Shown in pieces: positions 27,851 through 36,479 of a stretch of 64,000 bases of DNA. Position numbers and translations under genes: made by a program. The first letter of the stretch is position 1, and each line of letters begins with the position of its first letter. The notes under the pieces are model-generated. The model saw only the letters and a list, made by a program, of their open reading frames with translations, searched no databases and was not told the origin of the DNA. Source of the DNA: Acidobacteriota bacterium (GTDB lineage: Bacteria > Acidobacteriota > UBA6911 > RPQK01 > JAJDTT01); contig OZ242374.1 in the NCBI GenBank assembly GCA_965209055.1, positions 3,680,001 to 3,744,000 of the forward strand, written 5' to 3'.

Positions 27851-30023
27851 ATGAACCGGCACGCGCCGGACACGCGGGAATCGGAGAAATTTAGGGATGA
27901 TTTCCGCGATAAGGCCATCGGCACGATTCGCAAATACGCCGATCTGAACATCATCAAAGCAAGAGTTGTACTCGATACCACTGGACGCCGCCGCCGCGGC
28001 TTTGCCTTGGAGGATTTGAACACCTACTCCGTTTCTCTGGAGCCGTGGTACGATTCGCCCCACGGCGAAGAACCCGGATCCAGAAAGGAGGAGATGCATG
28101 GGCATCTGTGCGCCAGGCTAACTGGCACAAGACAAGCGGTGAAAGTCCGCTGAAACGAAGGACTAACCATCCACGTTTCTCCGCGAGCCGTGCGTTGGCA
28201 CCCGTGAGGGTGTCGGCGAAGCGTCGGCAGCGGCGCGTGTGGGCGGGGCTATTGAGCATCGAAACATGCAGGAACGGAAGTGCCGAGGCTGTGGATGCGG
28301 TCGAAGGCAACACCGGCTGGACCGGGAAGGTGAGGGACAGACGGACACCGCGGTGTCTAGGAACCCAAGCACGCACGTACGTCTTGTGTCGGGACCTGGG
28401 AGGGCTTCATTTCGCTCCGGTGGTCGAGCCAGGGCCGCATGAGAAAGGAGCAAACCGAACCTCATGATGGACGAAACGAAGCAGTCGGATTCATCCATAG
28501 TAGCGATGAAGCGGGCGAACAAAGAGGGGGAACCCTCGGCGGAGCCGGTGGAGCGAAGGGATGAAGCCAAGGGGAATTCGGTGTGCCAAAGCACGCGCCG
28601 GACGCAGAGTCGGGGGAGCGTGTCCCAAGCGGCGGACCGGATACGGCGAGCCATAGCGAGAAACCCCAAGGAGCGACTGACCGCGCTGTTGCACCATATC
28701 ACCGTGGAGGCCTTGCGCCGCGCCTACCTCGGACTGAGGAAGGATGCGGCCCCGGGAATCGACGGAGTGCGGTGGGAGGAGTACGGGGCGAAGCTGGAAG
28801 AGCGACTGCTGGACCTGCATCGCCGCGTGCACCGGGGCGCGTACCGGGCGCCTCCCGTCCGGCGGGTGAGAATCCCCAAGCCGGACGGACGGACACGACC
28901 GCTCGGGATCGCGGCACTGGAGGACAAGATCCTCCAGAAGGCCGTGGTGGACGAGCTCCTGACGCCGATCTATGAGGCGGAGTTTCTCGGGCTCAGCTAC
29001 GGGTTCCGGCCCGGACGGAAGGCGCATGACGCGCTGGATGCCCTGGCCTACGGGATCGAACGGCGGAAAGTCAATTGGATCGTGGACGCGGACATCCGAA
29101 CGTTTTTCGATGCGATCGACCGGGACTGGATGATCCGGTTCGTGGAACATCGGATCGGGGACCGGCGGGTGTTGCGGCTCCTGACCAAGTGGCTGAACGC
29201 GGGAGTGATGGAAGAAGGGACCCGGTCGGACACGGGGAAAGGGACGCCTCAGGGCTCCATCGTCTCCCCGGTGCTGGCAAATGTGTACCTGCACTACGTG
29301 CTGGACCAGTGGTTCCATCGGAAATGGCGTCCACGAGTCCCGAAAGGCGAGGCGATCCTGGTGCGGTATGCGGACGACTTCGTGGCCGGATTCGAGAAGC
29401 GGGCAGACGCGGAGCGGTTTCTCCGAGACCTGGGGGAACGGTGCGCCGAGTTCGGACTGGAACTGCACCCGGAAAAGACGCGACTGGTGGAGTTCGGGCG
29501 ATTTGCGGCAGCGGATCGGCGGCGACGCGGGGCGCGGAAACCGGAAACGTTCGATTTCCTGGGCTTCACGCACTACTGTGCGAAGACCCGGAAGGGGCGG
29601 TTCCGGCTGGGGCGGAAACCGAGTGCGAAGCGGATGCAACGAACCCTGAAACGGGTGGGGGAGAGGCTGCGAAGACGCCGGCACGACGACATCTGGGAGG
29701 TCGGGAAATGGTTGGGCCGCGTATTGAACGGCTGGCTCAACTACTTTGCGGTCCCCGGAAGTGGACGATGGCTGCAAGGCTTTCGATATCGGCTGCGAGA
29801 GCAGTGGATGCGGGTGTTGCGCCGCCGGTCGCAGCGAGCGCGCTTCACGTGGAGACGGCTCCGAAAGATGGCCAAGCTTCTCTGGCCGTCGGTGACGATT
29901 CGCCACCCGTGGCCGAGCGAACGGCTCACCGTAACGACCCAAGGCAGGAGCCGTGTGCCCTAACGGGCACGCACGGATCTGTGCGGGGGGCGGAGGGAAA
30001 CCGCCGTTCCTACCGCGACATAA
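27851..30023 (+). CDS. Putative excisionase (MerR-like winged HTH), intron-split: 27851-28107 joined to 30020-30023
   Basis: GTIRKYADLNIIKARV...GRRRRGFALEDL resembles Xis/HTH_17; overlaps the int start; splicing gives ...HGHL-TAA. Confidence 0.5.
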
Positions 30024-31095
30024 GGTGAAGGATCGCCGGGGGAGACGACGGTACGTCGTCAGCAAGTACTGGCCGAACGGATCCGGTCGGCTCCGAATGT
30101 ACGCCCCCAACTACCGGAGCGCGCAAGCGCTTCAAACACGAATCGAGTCCAGTATCCTGGACGGCACCTGGAAGCGGCTCAAGCAGGAACTCGCCGGTGG
30201 GAAACGCAAGATCTGGACGGTCCGGAGTTTCTACGAGCGTTTTTTCGAGGAGTATTGCAAACCTCGTCTACGCTGCTTGCGCCGCTACGCACTCTCGTTC
30301 AAGAGCCTCAACGCCATGCTGGGGAACATTCCCCTGAAGGAGTTCCAGCGCAAGGACCTCCACCGCTACGTCGCGAAACGGAAGGGACAGGTCCAGCCAG
30401 CCACGGTGAACCGAGACATTGCGGCCCTCAGCAAGCTGTTTTCCTACGCGCTGGAGTGCGGGGAAGTGGACACGCATCCGCTGGTTCGATTCCCCAAACT
30501 GAAGGAGCCCAAGAAGGTCTTCCGGCCTTTGACGGTCCAACAGTTCCGCGACCTGGTCGAGGCGGTGGACAACCCTTCCCTGCAAGCCATGATCGCAGTG
30601 ATCGGTGAAACGGGGATTCGCAAGGGAGAGGGATTGTCGCTCACATGGAGTCGGGTGGATTTGGGCCGCCGGATGTTGTGGGTGGAGTTCACCAAGGACG
30701 ACGAACCGAGAGAGATTCCGCTCTCGAAGTACGCCGCCCGATATCTGGCGGGGCTGGTTCGTTACCTGAACACACCGTATGTGTTCGTCAACAGCCGGAC
30801 CGGGACAAGATGGGTGAATCCAGACAAGTCTCTACGTCGCGCTGCCGAGCGGGTGGGGTTGAAGGTTGGGTTTCACGATCTGAGGCGATTCCGCTGTAGC
30901 CATTGGCTGATGCAGGGTGTGGACGTGAGAACGGTGCAGAAGCTGATGGGACACTCATCGATCAGCACGACGATGCGCTACGCGGGCTACGTCAGTTCGC
31001 ATGCGCTCCAGAGCATTCGAGAGGCACAGGCTAACGAAGACTCACAAACGCAACAGGCAACAAACAGGCAACGGGTCGGAATGAAGGGACAATGA
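28098..31095 (+). CDS. Tyrosine recombinase/integrase, intron-split: 28098-28107 joined to 30020-31095 (361 aa)
   Basis: AGGAGG RBS; spliced MGIYKVKDRRG...; catalytic R (TGIRKGE), HDLRR, GHS and TMRY are intact. Confidence 0.9.
28108..30019 (+). mobile_element. Group II intron (IIB-like, probably bacterial class E)
   Basis: 5' GTGCG; domain V GAGCCGTGTGCCC-TAAC-GGGCACGCACGG; 3' end ...CTACCGCGAC; EBS1 GGATGC (28293-98) and EBS2 CATGCA (28265-70) pair with the 5' exon. Confidence 0.93.
28464..29963 (+). CDS. ltrA: Group II intron reverse transcriptase/maturase (no endonuclease domain)
   Basis: RPLGI, GFRPG, GTPQGS, YADD, FDFLGF, maturase GWLNYF. Confidence 0.96.
   Translation: MMDETKQSDSSIVAMKRANKEGEPSAEPVERRDEAKGNSVCQSTRRTQSRGSVSQAADRIRRAIARNPKERLTALLHHITVEALRRAYLGLRKDAAPGIDGVRWEEYGAKLEERLLDLHRRVHRGAYRAPPVRRVRIPKPDGRTRPLGIAALEDKILQKAVVDELLTPIYEAEFLGLSYGFRPGRKAHDALDALAYGIERRKVNWIVDADIRTFFDAIDRDWMIRFVEHRIGDRRVLRLLTKWLNAGVMEEGTRSDTGKGTPQGSIVSPVLANVYLHYVLDQWFHRKWRPRVPKGEAILVRYADDFVAGFEKRADAERFLRDLGERCAEFGLELHPEKTRLVEFGRFAAADRRRRGARKPETFDFLGFTHYCAKTRKGRFRLGRKPSAKRMQRTLKRVGERLRRRRHDDIWEVGKWLGRVLNGWLNYFAVPGSGRWLQGFRYRLREQWMRVLRRRSQRARFTWRRLRKMAKLLWPSVTIRHPWPSERLTVTTQGRSRVP
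31052..31070 (+). repeat. Putative integrase arm-binding repeat (right)
   Basis: AACAGGCAACAAACAGGCA, within the int 3' end, identical to 18864-18882. Confidence 0.75.
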
Positions 31096-31114
31096 ATGGA
31101 GGGGATATTTGGGA

Positions 31115-31127
31115 TAACCGGTTGATA
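31115..31127 (-). promoter_or_regulatory. IHF site, right att arm
   Basis: Minus strand TATCAACCGGTTA matches WATCAANNNNTTR exactly; about 43 bp from the core. Confidence 0.7.
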
Positions 31128-31176
31128 ATTAAGGATCTAGATCGTAGATCATTTGGACCGAGCGACGGATTTCCTA

Positions 31177-31213
31177 CCCCCACTCCCCAGGGGATAGGAA
31201 AGTCCCCCCACTA
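31177..31213. repeat. Right half of the interrupted REP plus a second inverted REP
   Basis: CCCCCACTCC then GGGGATAGGAAAGTCCCCCCACTA (reverse complement TAGTGGGGGGACTTTCCTATCCCC). Confidence 0.75.
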
Positions 31214-31228
31214 ATGTCCCCTCCTACC

Positions 31229-32287
31229 CTATCCGTTCACCAGATTCACGAGCGGTTCCAAAGCGGGCATTCCGGAGGCGATCTCCTTTCGCTCAATCCG
31301 CTTCATGACTCGCCGAACCGCCTCGTTGACCGGCGTCGGGACCCCTTTCTTCCTTCCCTTTCGGACCACGAACCCGTTGAAGTGATCCACCTCCGTGATC
31401 CGCCCCTTCCAATGGTCCTGGAGCAGGGAAGTGGCGGCTGCGGGACTGATCCGTTCCGACATCCGGGCCAGCCGCCGGTCCATGGTCCCATCCCGGCCCC
31501 GGGCGGCGGCCAGAACCTGATCCGGCGTACATGGGCCCAGGACGCGATGAATCCCGTGTCCATGGGCACGTGCCACCAGGACCACCTCTTCCGCCAGCCG
31601 GATCATGATCTTCCGGACCTCCGGCTCACCCAGGAGTGGCGCCGACCGCAACCCGGTGATTCCCGACAGGGCGTTGACCATGGCGCTGGTGGCCAGCTTG
31701 GTCCAGCGCATGGCCAACAGGTCGCGGGTCGTCTTCGCCGGCCACACGGTATTCAGATAACCGGCCACTTCCCGGGCCTTGCGATCGGAGGACCCCGCGT
31801 ACTCGCCCACGTAGGCTCCCGGAGCATCCAGGTTGGAAGACCGGGAGACCGACTGGGTCGAGACCTGGATCCGGCCGGGAGCCTCCAGCACGGCGTTGAT
31901 CAGGATGACGACACCGAGAATCCGGCCGCCGTCGATTCGCTGCGCGATGATCTCTTCGTTGATGCCGTTCTGGGTGCTCACCACCCACGCCTGTGGTGAC
32001 AGGTACGGGAGCACCGTCTTCACGGCGGCGTCCGAATCGTAGGATTTCACCGCCAGGAAGAGGATATCGACCGGGCCGAGGCGGTCGAGCCAGTCCGGGC
32101 GAACGACCGGCGGACGATGGAGAACCGCCCCCTTCTCGTCTTCGATTCGAAGTCCCGAGTCCCGAATGGCCTGGAACTGCTCGGGCCACGGCTCGATCAG
32201 CGTAACGTCGTGTCCCGCGGCGAACATCCGGGCGCCGACCTGCCCCCCGATGGCGCCGGCGCCGAAGACCGCCAGACGTTTTCCCAT
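31229..32287 (-). CDS. Ketopantoate reductase family (PanE/ApbA)
   Basis: GAGAIG; LAVKSY; QNG; WTKL; TSLLQD...TEVDHFNG. Confidence 0.88.
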   Translation of the reverse strand: MGKRLAVFGAGAIGGQVGARMFAAGHDVTLIEPWPEQFQAIRDSGLRIEDEKGAVLHRPPVVRPDWLDRLGPVDILFLAVKSYDSDAAVKTVLPYLSPQAWVVSTQNGINEEIIAQRIDGGRILGVVILINAVLEAPGRIQVSTQSVSRSSNLDAPGAYVGEYAGSSDRKAREVAGYLNTVWPAKTTRDLLAMRWTKLATSAMVNALSGITGLRSAPLLGEPEVRKIMIRLAEEVVLVARAHGHGIHRVLGPCTPDQVLAAARGRDGTMDRRLARMSERISPAAATSLLQDHWKGRITEVDHFNGFVVRKGRKKGVPTPVNEAVRRVMKRIERKEIASGMPALEPLVNLVNG

Positions 32288-32291
32288 TCGG

Positions 32292-33452
32292 TCAGAGGCG
32301 GATCCGCCGCCGGATCTGCTGGTTGGCTTCCCAGTAGGTCTTCTTCAACCGGATCACATCGTCTTCGGGCGCCGGCTGGACCCGTCCACGGGCGTCGACG
32401 GCTCGGGAGACCAAGGAGTGCTCGCCCGGCGCGGGATCGTTCCAGACATACGTCCAGAAGGTCCAGCAGTGGGGATGGTCCTTCCCCTCGCCCAACTCGG
32501 TCTCCACCCAAGCGCCGTCGTCCAGCTTGAGCTCCACCGCCTTCAAGGGAGTCCCGTCGTTCCAGACCGCGCCCATGACCCGGACGGACCCGCCATCCAT
32601 GCGGGTCACCCGGGCCACGATGGACTTGAGATTCATGCGGCCCACCGAGGTTTCGCGCCAGATGGTTTCGCCGTCCCGCTCCTCACCGCGGATCGTGACG
32701 TAATCGCGCCCCATGAAGCGGCTCAGGAATTGGCGGTCATGGACCTCGACCCGCCAGAGCCACTTGACCCAGGCCACTCCATACCAACCGGGTACCACCA
32801 GCCGGAGCGGAGCGCCGTGGGTCTGACTCAGCGGTTTGCCGTTCATCTCGTAAGCCAGCAGGACCCGGTCCCGAAGCGCCTCCTTGACCGAAAGACTGCG
32901 ACCGAAATTCTGCTCGTACTCGTTGCCCCGGATCTCCTCCTTCCCGCGGTCCACTCCGAAGAAGACCACCTCGGTGGCCTCCGGGCTCAGACCGCATTCC
33001 TCAAGGACCGGACCCAACCGGGTCCCGCTCCAGCGGGCATTCCCGACGGCCCCCATGAATCGCTCCGAGGCGCCGTTTCCGGAGCACTCGAGGGTGGCGG
33101 TGTAGTGACTCTTGGGACGGGCCTTCAGGTCCTCCAGGGTCAACGAAAGGGGCTGGTTCACGAATCCGCCGATACTGAGCCTCCACTTCGCCATGTCCAC
33201 TTCGGGGATCCCGTAGTGCTTGACGCTGAAGAAGTCCGACTCGGGCGTGATCCAGGACTCGAGCTGTTCCCACTGGACCATGGGCCGGTCCGGATTCACC
33301 GGCTGGGGATCCAGGAAGGGCACCGCGGTTTCTCCCGCCTCCATGGGAGGCAGCACGAATCCGAGTACGGAAGGGTGAAGGAGGGAAGCGCCGGTCGCCG
33401 CCAAACCGCCGCGCAGCCACTCTCGTCGTGAAAGCGATCGTCTGTCTCTCAT
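32292..33452 (-). CDS. Sulfite oxidase-family molybdoenzyme, Tat signal
   Basis: SRREWL; LECSGN; HGAPLRLVVPGWYG; VKWL. Confidence 0.92.
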   Translation of the reverse strand: MRDRRSLSRREWLRGGLAATGASLLHPSVLGFVLPPMEAGETAVPFLDPQPVNPDRPMVQWEQLESWITPESDFFSVKHYGIPEVDMAKWRLSIGGFVNQPLSLTLEDLKARPKSHYTATLECSGNGASERFMGAVGNARWSGTRLGPVLEECGLSPEATEVVFFGVDRGKEEIRGNEYEQNFGRSLSVKEALRDRVLLAYEMNGKPLSQTHGAPLRLVVPGWYGVAWVKWLWRVEVHDRQFLSRFMGRDYVTIRGEERDGETIWRETSVGRMNLKSIVARVTRMDGGSVRVMGAVWNDGTPLKAVELKLDDGAWVETELGEGKDHPHCWTFWTYVWNDPAPGEHSLVSRAVDARGRVQPAPEDDVIRLKKTYWEANQQIRRRIRL

Positions 33453-33528
33453 GGCATATCTCCGTCAATTCCGAATCTTGGTGGGTTCGAACTCATGCTA
33501 GCAGCACCTCTCTCAACCCGCCACGCCA

Positions 33529-33581
33529 GGAGGGGGGACTGTTAGTCCCCCCGTGACGCGGGGGTTAACAACCCCCGCTCC
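33529..33581. repeat. Intact REP doublet (REPIN-like)
   Basis: GGAGGGGGGACT-GTT-AGTCCCCCC, spacer, GGGGGTT-AAC-AACCCCCGCTCC. Confidence 0.75.
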
Positions 33582-33587
33582 TAACTC

Positions 33588-34904
33588 TCATCTCCTCATC
33601 TTCCCAGCCAACTCCCGGGCCTTGGCGCCGTGGAAACGGGCTTTCTCGAAGGCTCCGCTGGACTGGTAGATCTGTTCCAGCAGTTGATGGTGATTGGGAT
33701 CCTGATCGTTCAGTTCCAGCGCCTTGCGGGCCATCGGTTCGGCCTCGTCCAGCCGTTGCCGGTAGAGGAATGAGAGCGCCTTGATGAAGGGGCCCGAAGG
33801 ATTCGTGGGATCGACCCGCATGATCCGGTCGGCCAGGGCGCCGGTCTGTTCCAGGTTTCCCCGTTCCATTTCCAGCCGGGCCGCCGTGGAGAGCAGACCC
33901 GTGTCCTGGGGACAGGCGTTCAGACCCCTTGCGGCGGCGTCCCAGGCCTCCCGGTGTCGCTGGGTCCGCCGTTCGACCAATACCATCAGGAGGAACGCCT
34001 CGCAGATCCGGCCGCCCCAGTCCAGATAACGGCGAAGGTGCGTGCCGGCATCCAAGAGATTCCCCCGCCTGAAGCTGAGCTTGCCCCGGCCGAAACCGGT
34101 CAGATGGGTGTTCGGCTGCAGTCTCTCCGCGCGGGCGTAGGCATCCAGAGCCGCCCGCTCATCGCCGATTTCCAGGTTCGCGTCGCCCAGGTCGGCGAAC
34201 ACCTCCGCGCTGGCCCGCGGCGAAGCGGACATCCAGCGAAGGGTCTTGAGGCGTCCGCGCAGATGGGCTCTCCGGCGGTGGTTCCTCAGCACCGCCTGCC
34301 CTTCCGCCTCCTTGCCCTGGCGCAGGAGGCTGGTCCCCAGATTGAAGAGGATGTTCTCGTGGCCCGGATTCAGCCGCAGGACCTTTCGGAAGTTCCGTTC
34401 CGCGGCGGGGTGCCGGCCCTCCTTCAGGTCCAGTTCCCCCAGGTGGAAGAGAGCCGTCGGCTCCTCGGGCCTCAGTTGAAGCACCAGTTCCAACTCCCGG
34501 CGGGCGTCCGGGTCACGGCCCATGCGGAGGTACGCGACCCCGAGACTCAGTCTCAGCTCCCAACTGTCGAGACCCTTGTCCAGAGCCTTCCGGAAATTCC
34601 CGACAGCTTCCGGGTAGTTGCGAAGGGAGGTCTGACAGATGCCGGCCAGATAGTGGATGACCGGCGACGGGTTGGGAGCCTTCAGCAGTTGCTCGAGGTC
34701 GGCCAGCGCCCCCAGGTAGTCCTGGTGCAGCTTCATCTTCTCCATGGCGCTGTCGGGCGACGGTCCCGGCTGGCTCCGGATTCCTCCCGCGAGGCAGAAG
34801 ACGACTGCCATACAAGGGAGGAGCCTGGAGATAGCGACAGGAGGAGATGCGATCACGTCTTGCGTCTCCGGTCCAAGGAGCACCGGCACGACGCAGGATA
34901 CCAT
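33588..34904 (-). CDS. Tetratricopeptide repeat protein
   Basis: Repeated LG...A...F.KAL...P pattern; start codon uncertain. Confidence 0.85.
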   Translation of the reverse strand: MVSCVVPVLLGPETQDVIASPPVAISRLLPCMAVVFCLAGGIRSQPGPSPDSAMEKMKLHQDYLGALADLEQLLKAPNPSPVIHYLAGICQTSLRNYPEAVGNFRKALDKGLDSWELRLSLGVAYLRMGRDPDARRELELVLQLRPEEPTALFHLGELDLKEGRHPAAERNFRKVLRLNPGHENILFNLGTSLLRQGKEAEGQAVLRNHRRRAHLRGRLKTLRWMSASPRASAEVFADLGDANLEIGDERAALDAYARAERLQPNTHLTGFGRGKLSFRRGNLLDAGTHLRRYLDWGGRICEAFLLMVLVERRTQRHREAWDAAARGLNACPQDTGLLSTAARLEMERGNLEQTGALADRIMRVDPTNPSGPFIKALSFLYRQRLDEAEPMARKALELNDQDPNHHQLLEQIYQSSGAFEKARFHGAKARELAGKMRR

Positions 34905-35010
34905 GACCGCGGGGTTCTTCCGTTTTTCTTGGGGTTCCGGATCCGGCCCCGGACGGGCGATTCTCCAGGTCTCGTAGTAGACTGACCGGGAATTACAGGA
35001 GGGAATTGAG

Positions 35011-36429
35011 ATGACATTGCAGTCTGCGACCGATCGTCGGCGGTTCTTTGCCCAGATGGGAGCCCTGTCGTTGCTCTCCCAGGGCCCCGGCGGGAGTACT
35101 CAGGCGAAGGCGGCGGCCAAGGAGTATGCCGATCTGGCCACGCGCAGATTCAGAAAACATATCGAAGGCGCCAGAAATGCCATTCTGGACGAGATCAAGC
35201 CGACCCCCGCCCAGTTGGAGCATGGCCTCGAACTCCACCGGGAATCCATCGTCTGCGATCTCTATGGAGGGTCCAATCCGGTTCATGTGACCGGGTTCTA
35301 CTCCGAGTCGATGAAGGCTTGGGCGCTCGGCGTCCTGGACCGGGAGCCGGACCCGGAGCGGAAACGGAAGCTGTTCATTTCCACCGTCCGGCCGCAGATT
35401 CAGAAATGGCGCGCGCTGGAGGTGGTTCACGATCCCGGTTTCCAGGCCAACCACCGGTTGGCGTGGGAGACTTCCCAAGTCGACCTGGGTCTCGCCGATG
35501 TGGCCTGGGCTCCCGAGGGTGAAGACGAGCGGTTCTCCCTGGAGTACCTGGCCAGCGAAGCCTACGCCTTCGACCATCTCGACTATATGGAGAAATTCCT
35601 TCGAGTCGAGGACCTGGAGGGATTCAAGAAGGAGGGAAAGCATGCCGTCATCTGGCACGTTGGCCGGCCCGACGCCTGTTTTGCCGGTCCTCACATCAAG
35701 GACCCCATCAAGAGTCTCGATTTCTACTACGCATTCGGCGTTCGGCACTGCCAGTTGACCAACAGCACCCGGAACCAGGTGGGAACCTCCCATTATCAGG
35801 AGGTGGACACGGGTCTCACCGAAATGGGGGAAGCCGTGATCCGGCGCATGAACGAGCTGGGCATGATGGTGGATCTCTCCCATTGCGGTACGCAGACGAC
35901 GTTGGACGCCATCCGCGCCTCGCAGGAGCCGGTGCTCATCAGCCACACGGCTTGCCGCGCGCTGTCCCGCGGCGGCAAGAGCCCGAACCGAAACGCCACC
36001 GACGAGGCGATTCGAAATACAGCCGGCAAAGGAGGCATGATCGGGATCATCACCGTGCCCAATCTGTTGGGCGGATTCGGGGCGGAGAGCGTCTATCGGC
36101 ACCTGGACCACGCCATCAAGCTGGTGGGGGTGGACCATGTCGGGCTGGCCTCGGATCAGGGTCCCATGGGCCGGGCCGTGCAGGCTCCGGAAATCGTCGA
36201 GATCCTGAAACCCCGAGAGTTTCTAGCCACCGGTTTCAAGGGCACGAAGACCTACTGGGAGTGGGAGACCGGGCCCCGTCCCCTGTCCTTGGTCAATGCT
36301 CCCTATCTGACTGTGGGGCTGGTGGTGCGAGGCTACTCGGACGACGATATTCGAAAGATCATAGGCGGCAATTTCCTCAGGGTGGCCGGGACCATCATGG
36401 ACAAGCAGCCCCGGGGACGATTGACCTGA
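35011..36429 (+). CDS. Membrane dipeptidase (M19) family, Tat signal
   Basis: DRRRFF; MNELGMMVDLSH; ISHT; GVDHVGLASD; IIGGNFLRV. Confidence 0.88.
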   Translation: MTLQSATDRRRFFAQMGALSLLSQGPGGSTQAKAAAKEYADLATRRFRKHIEGARNAILDEIKPTPAQLEHGLELHRESIVCDLYGGSNPVHVTGFYSESMKAWALGVLDREPDPERKRKLFISTVRPQIQKWRALEVVHDPGFQANHRLAWETSQVDLGLADVAWAPEGEDERFSLEYLASEAYAFDHLDYMEKFLRVEDLEGFKKEGKHAVIWHVGRPDACFAGPHIKDPIKSLDFYYAFGVRHCQLTNSTRNQVGTSHYQEVDTGLTEMGEAVIRRMNELGMMVDLSHCGTQTTLDAIRASQEPVLISHTACRALSRGGKSPNRNATDEAIRNTAGKGGMIGIITVPNLLGGFGAESVYRHLDHAIKLVGVDHVGLASDQGPMGRAVQAPEIVEILKPREFLATGFKGTKTYWEWETGPRPLSLVNAPYLTVGLVVRGYSDDDIRKIIGGNFLRVAGTIMDKQPRGRLT

Positions 36430-36479
36430 TTCGAAATTGAGCCGCGGCCGTCCGGACGGGCTCGGCGGCATTGGGAGAA

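Larger units (their letters stand above)
18749..31176. mobile_element. Tyrosine-integrase genomic island inserted in a REP palindrome
   Basis: TTTCCTA direct repeat at 18749-18755 and 31170-31176; flanks GGAGTGGGGG (18738-47) and CCCCCACTCC (31177-86) are exact reverse complements; integrase at the right end; cargo appears lower in GC. Confidence 0.88.

Noticed and set aside
28464-29963. Retron, DGR or defence-associated RT
   Set aside because: It has a maturase domain, GTGCG/AC boundaries, domain V/VI and EBS-IBS pairing, all typical of a group II intron.
29953-30019. Integrase start at 29953 as in the ORF track
   Set aside because: This stretch is intron domain V/VI; the RBS and ATG are at 28085-28100.
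30020-30021. Alternative intron 3' end at ...CGACAT (30021)
   Set aside because: It would create an immediate TAA in the integrase; ending at 30019 restores the frame.
33481-33500. tRNA gene (GTGGGTTCGAACTC)
   Set aside because: Only a T-loop-like word; I could not build an acceptor stem or cloverleaf.
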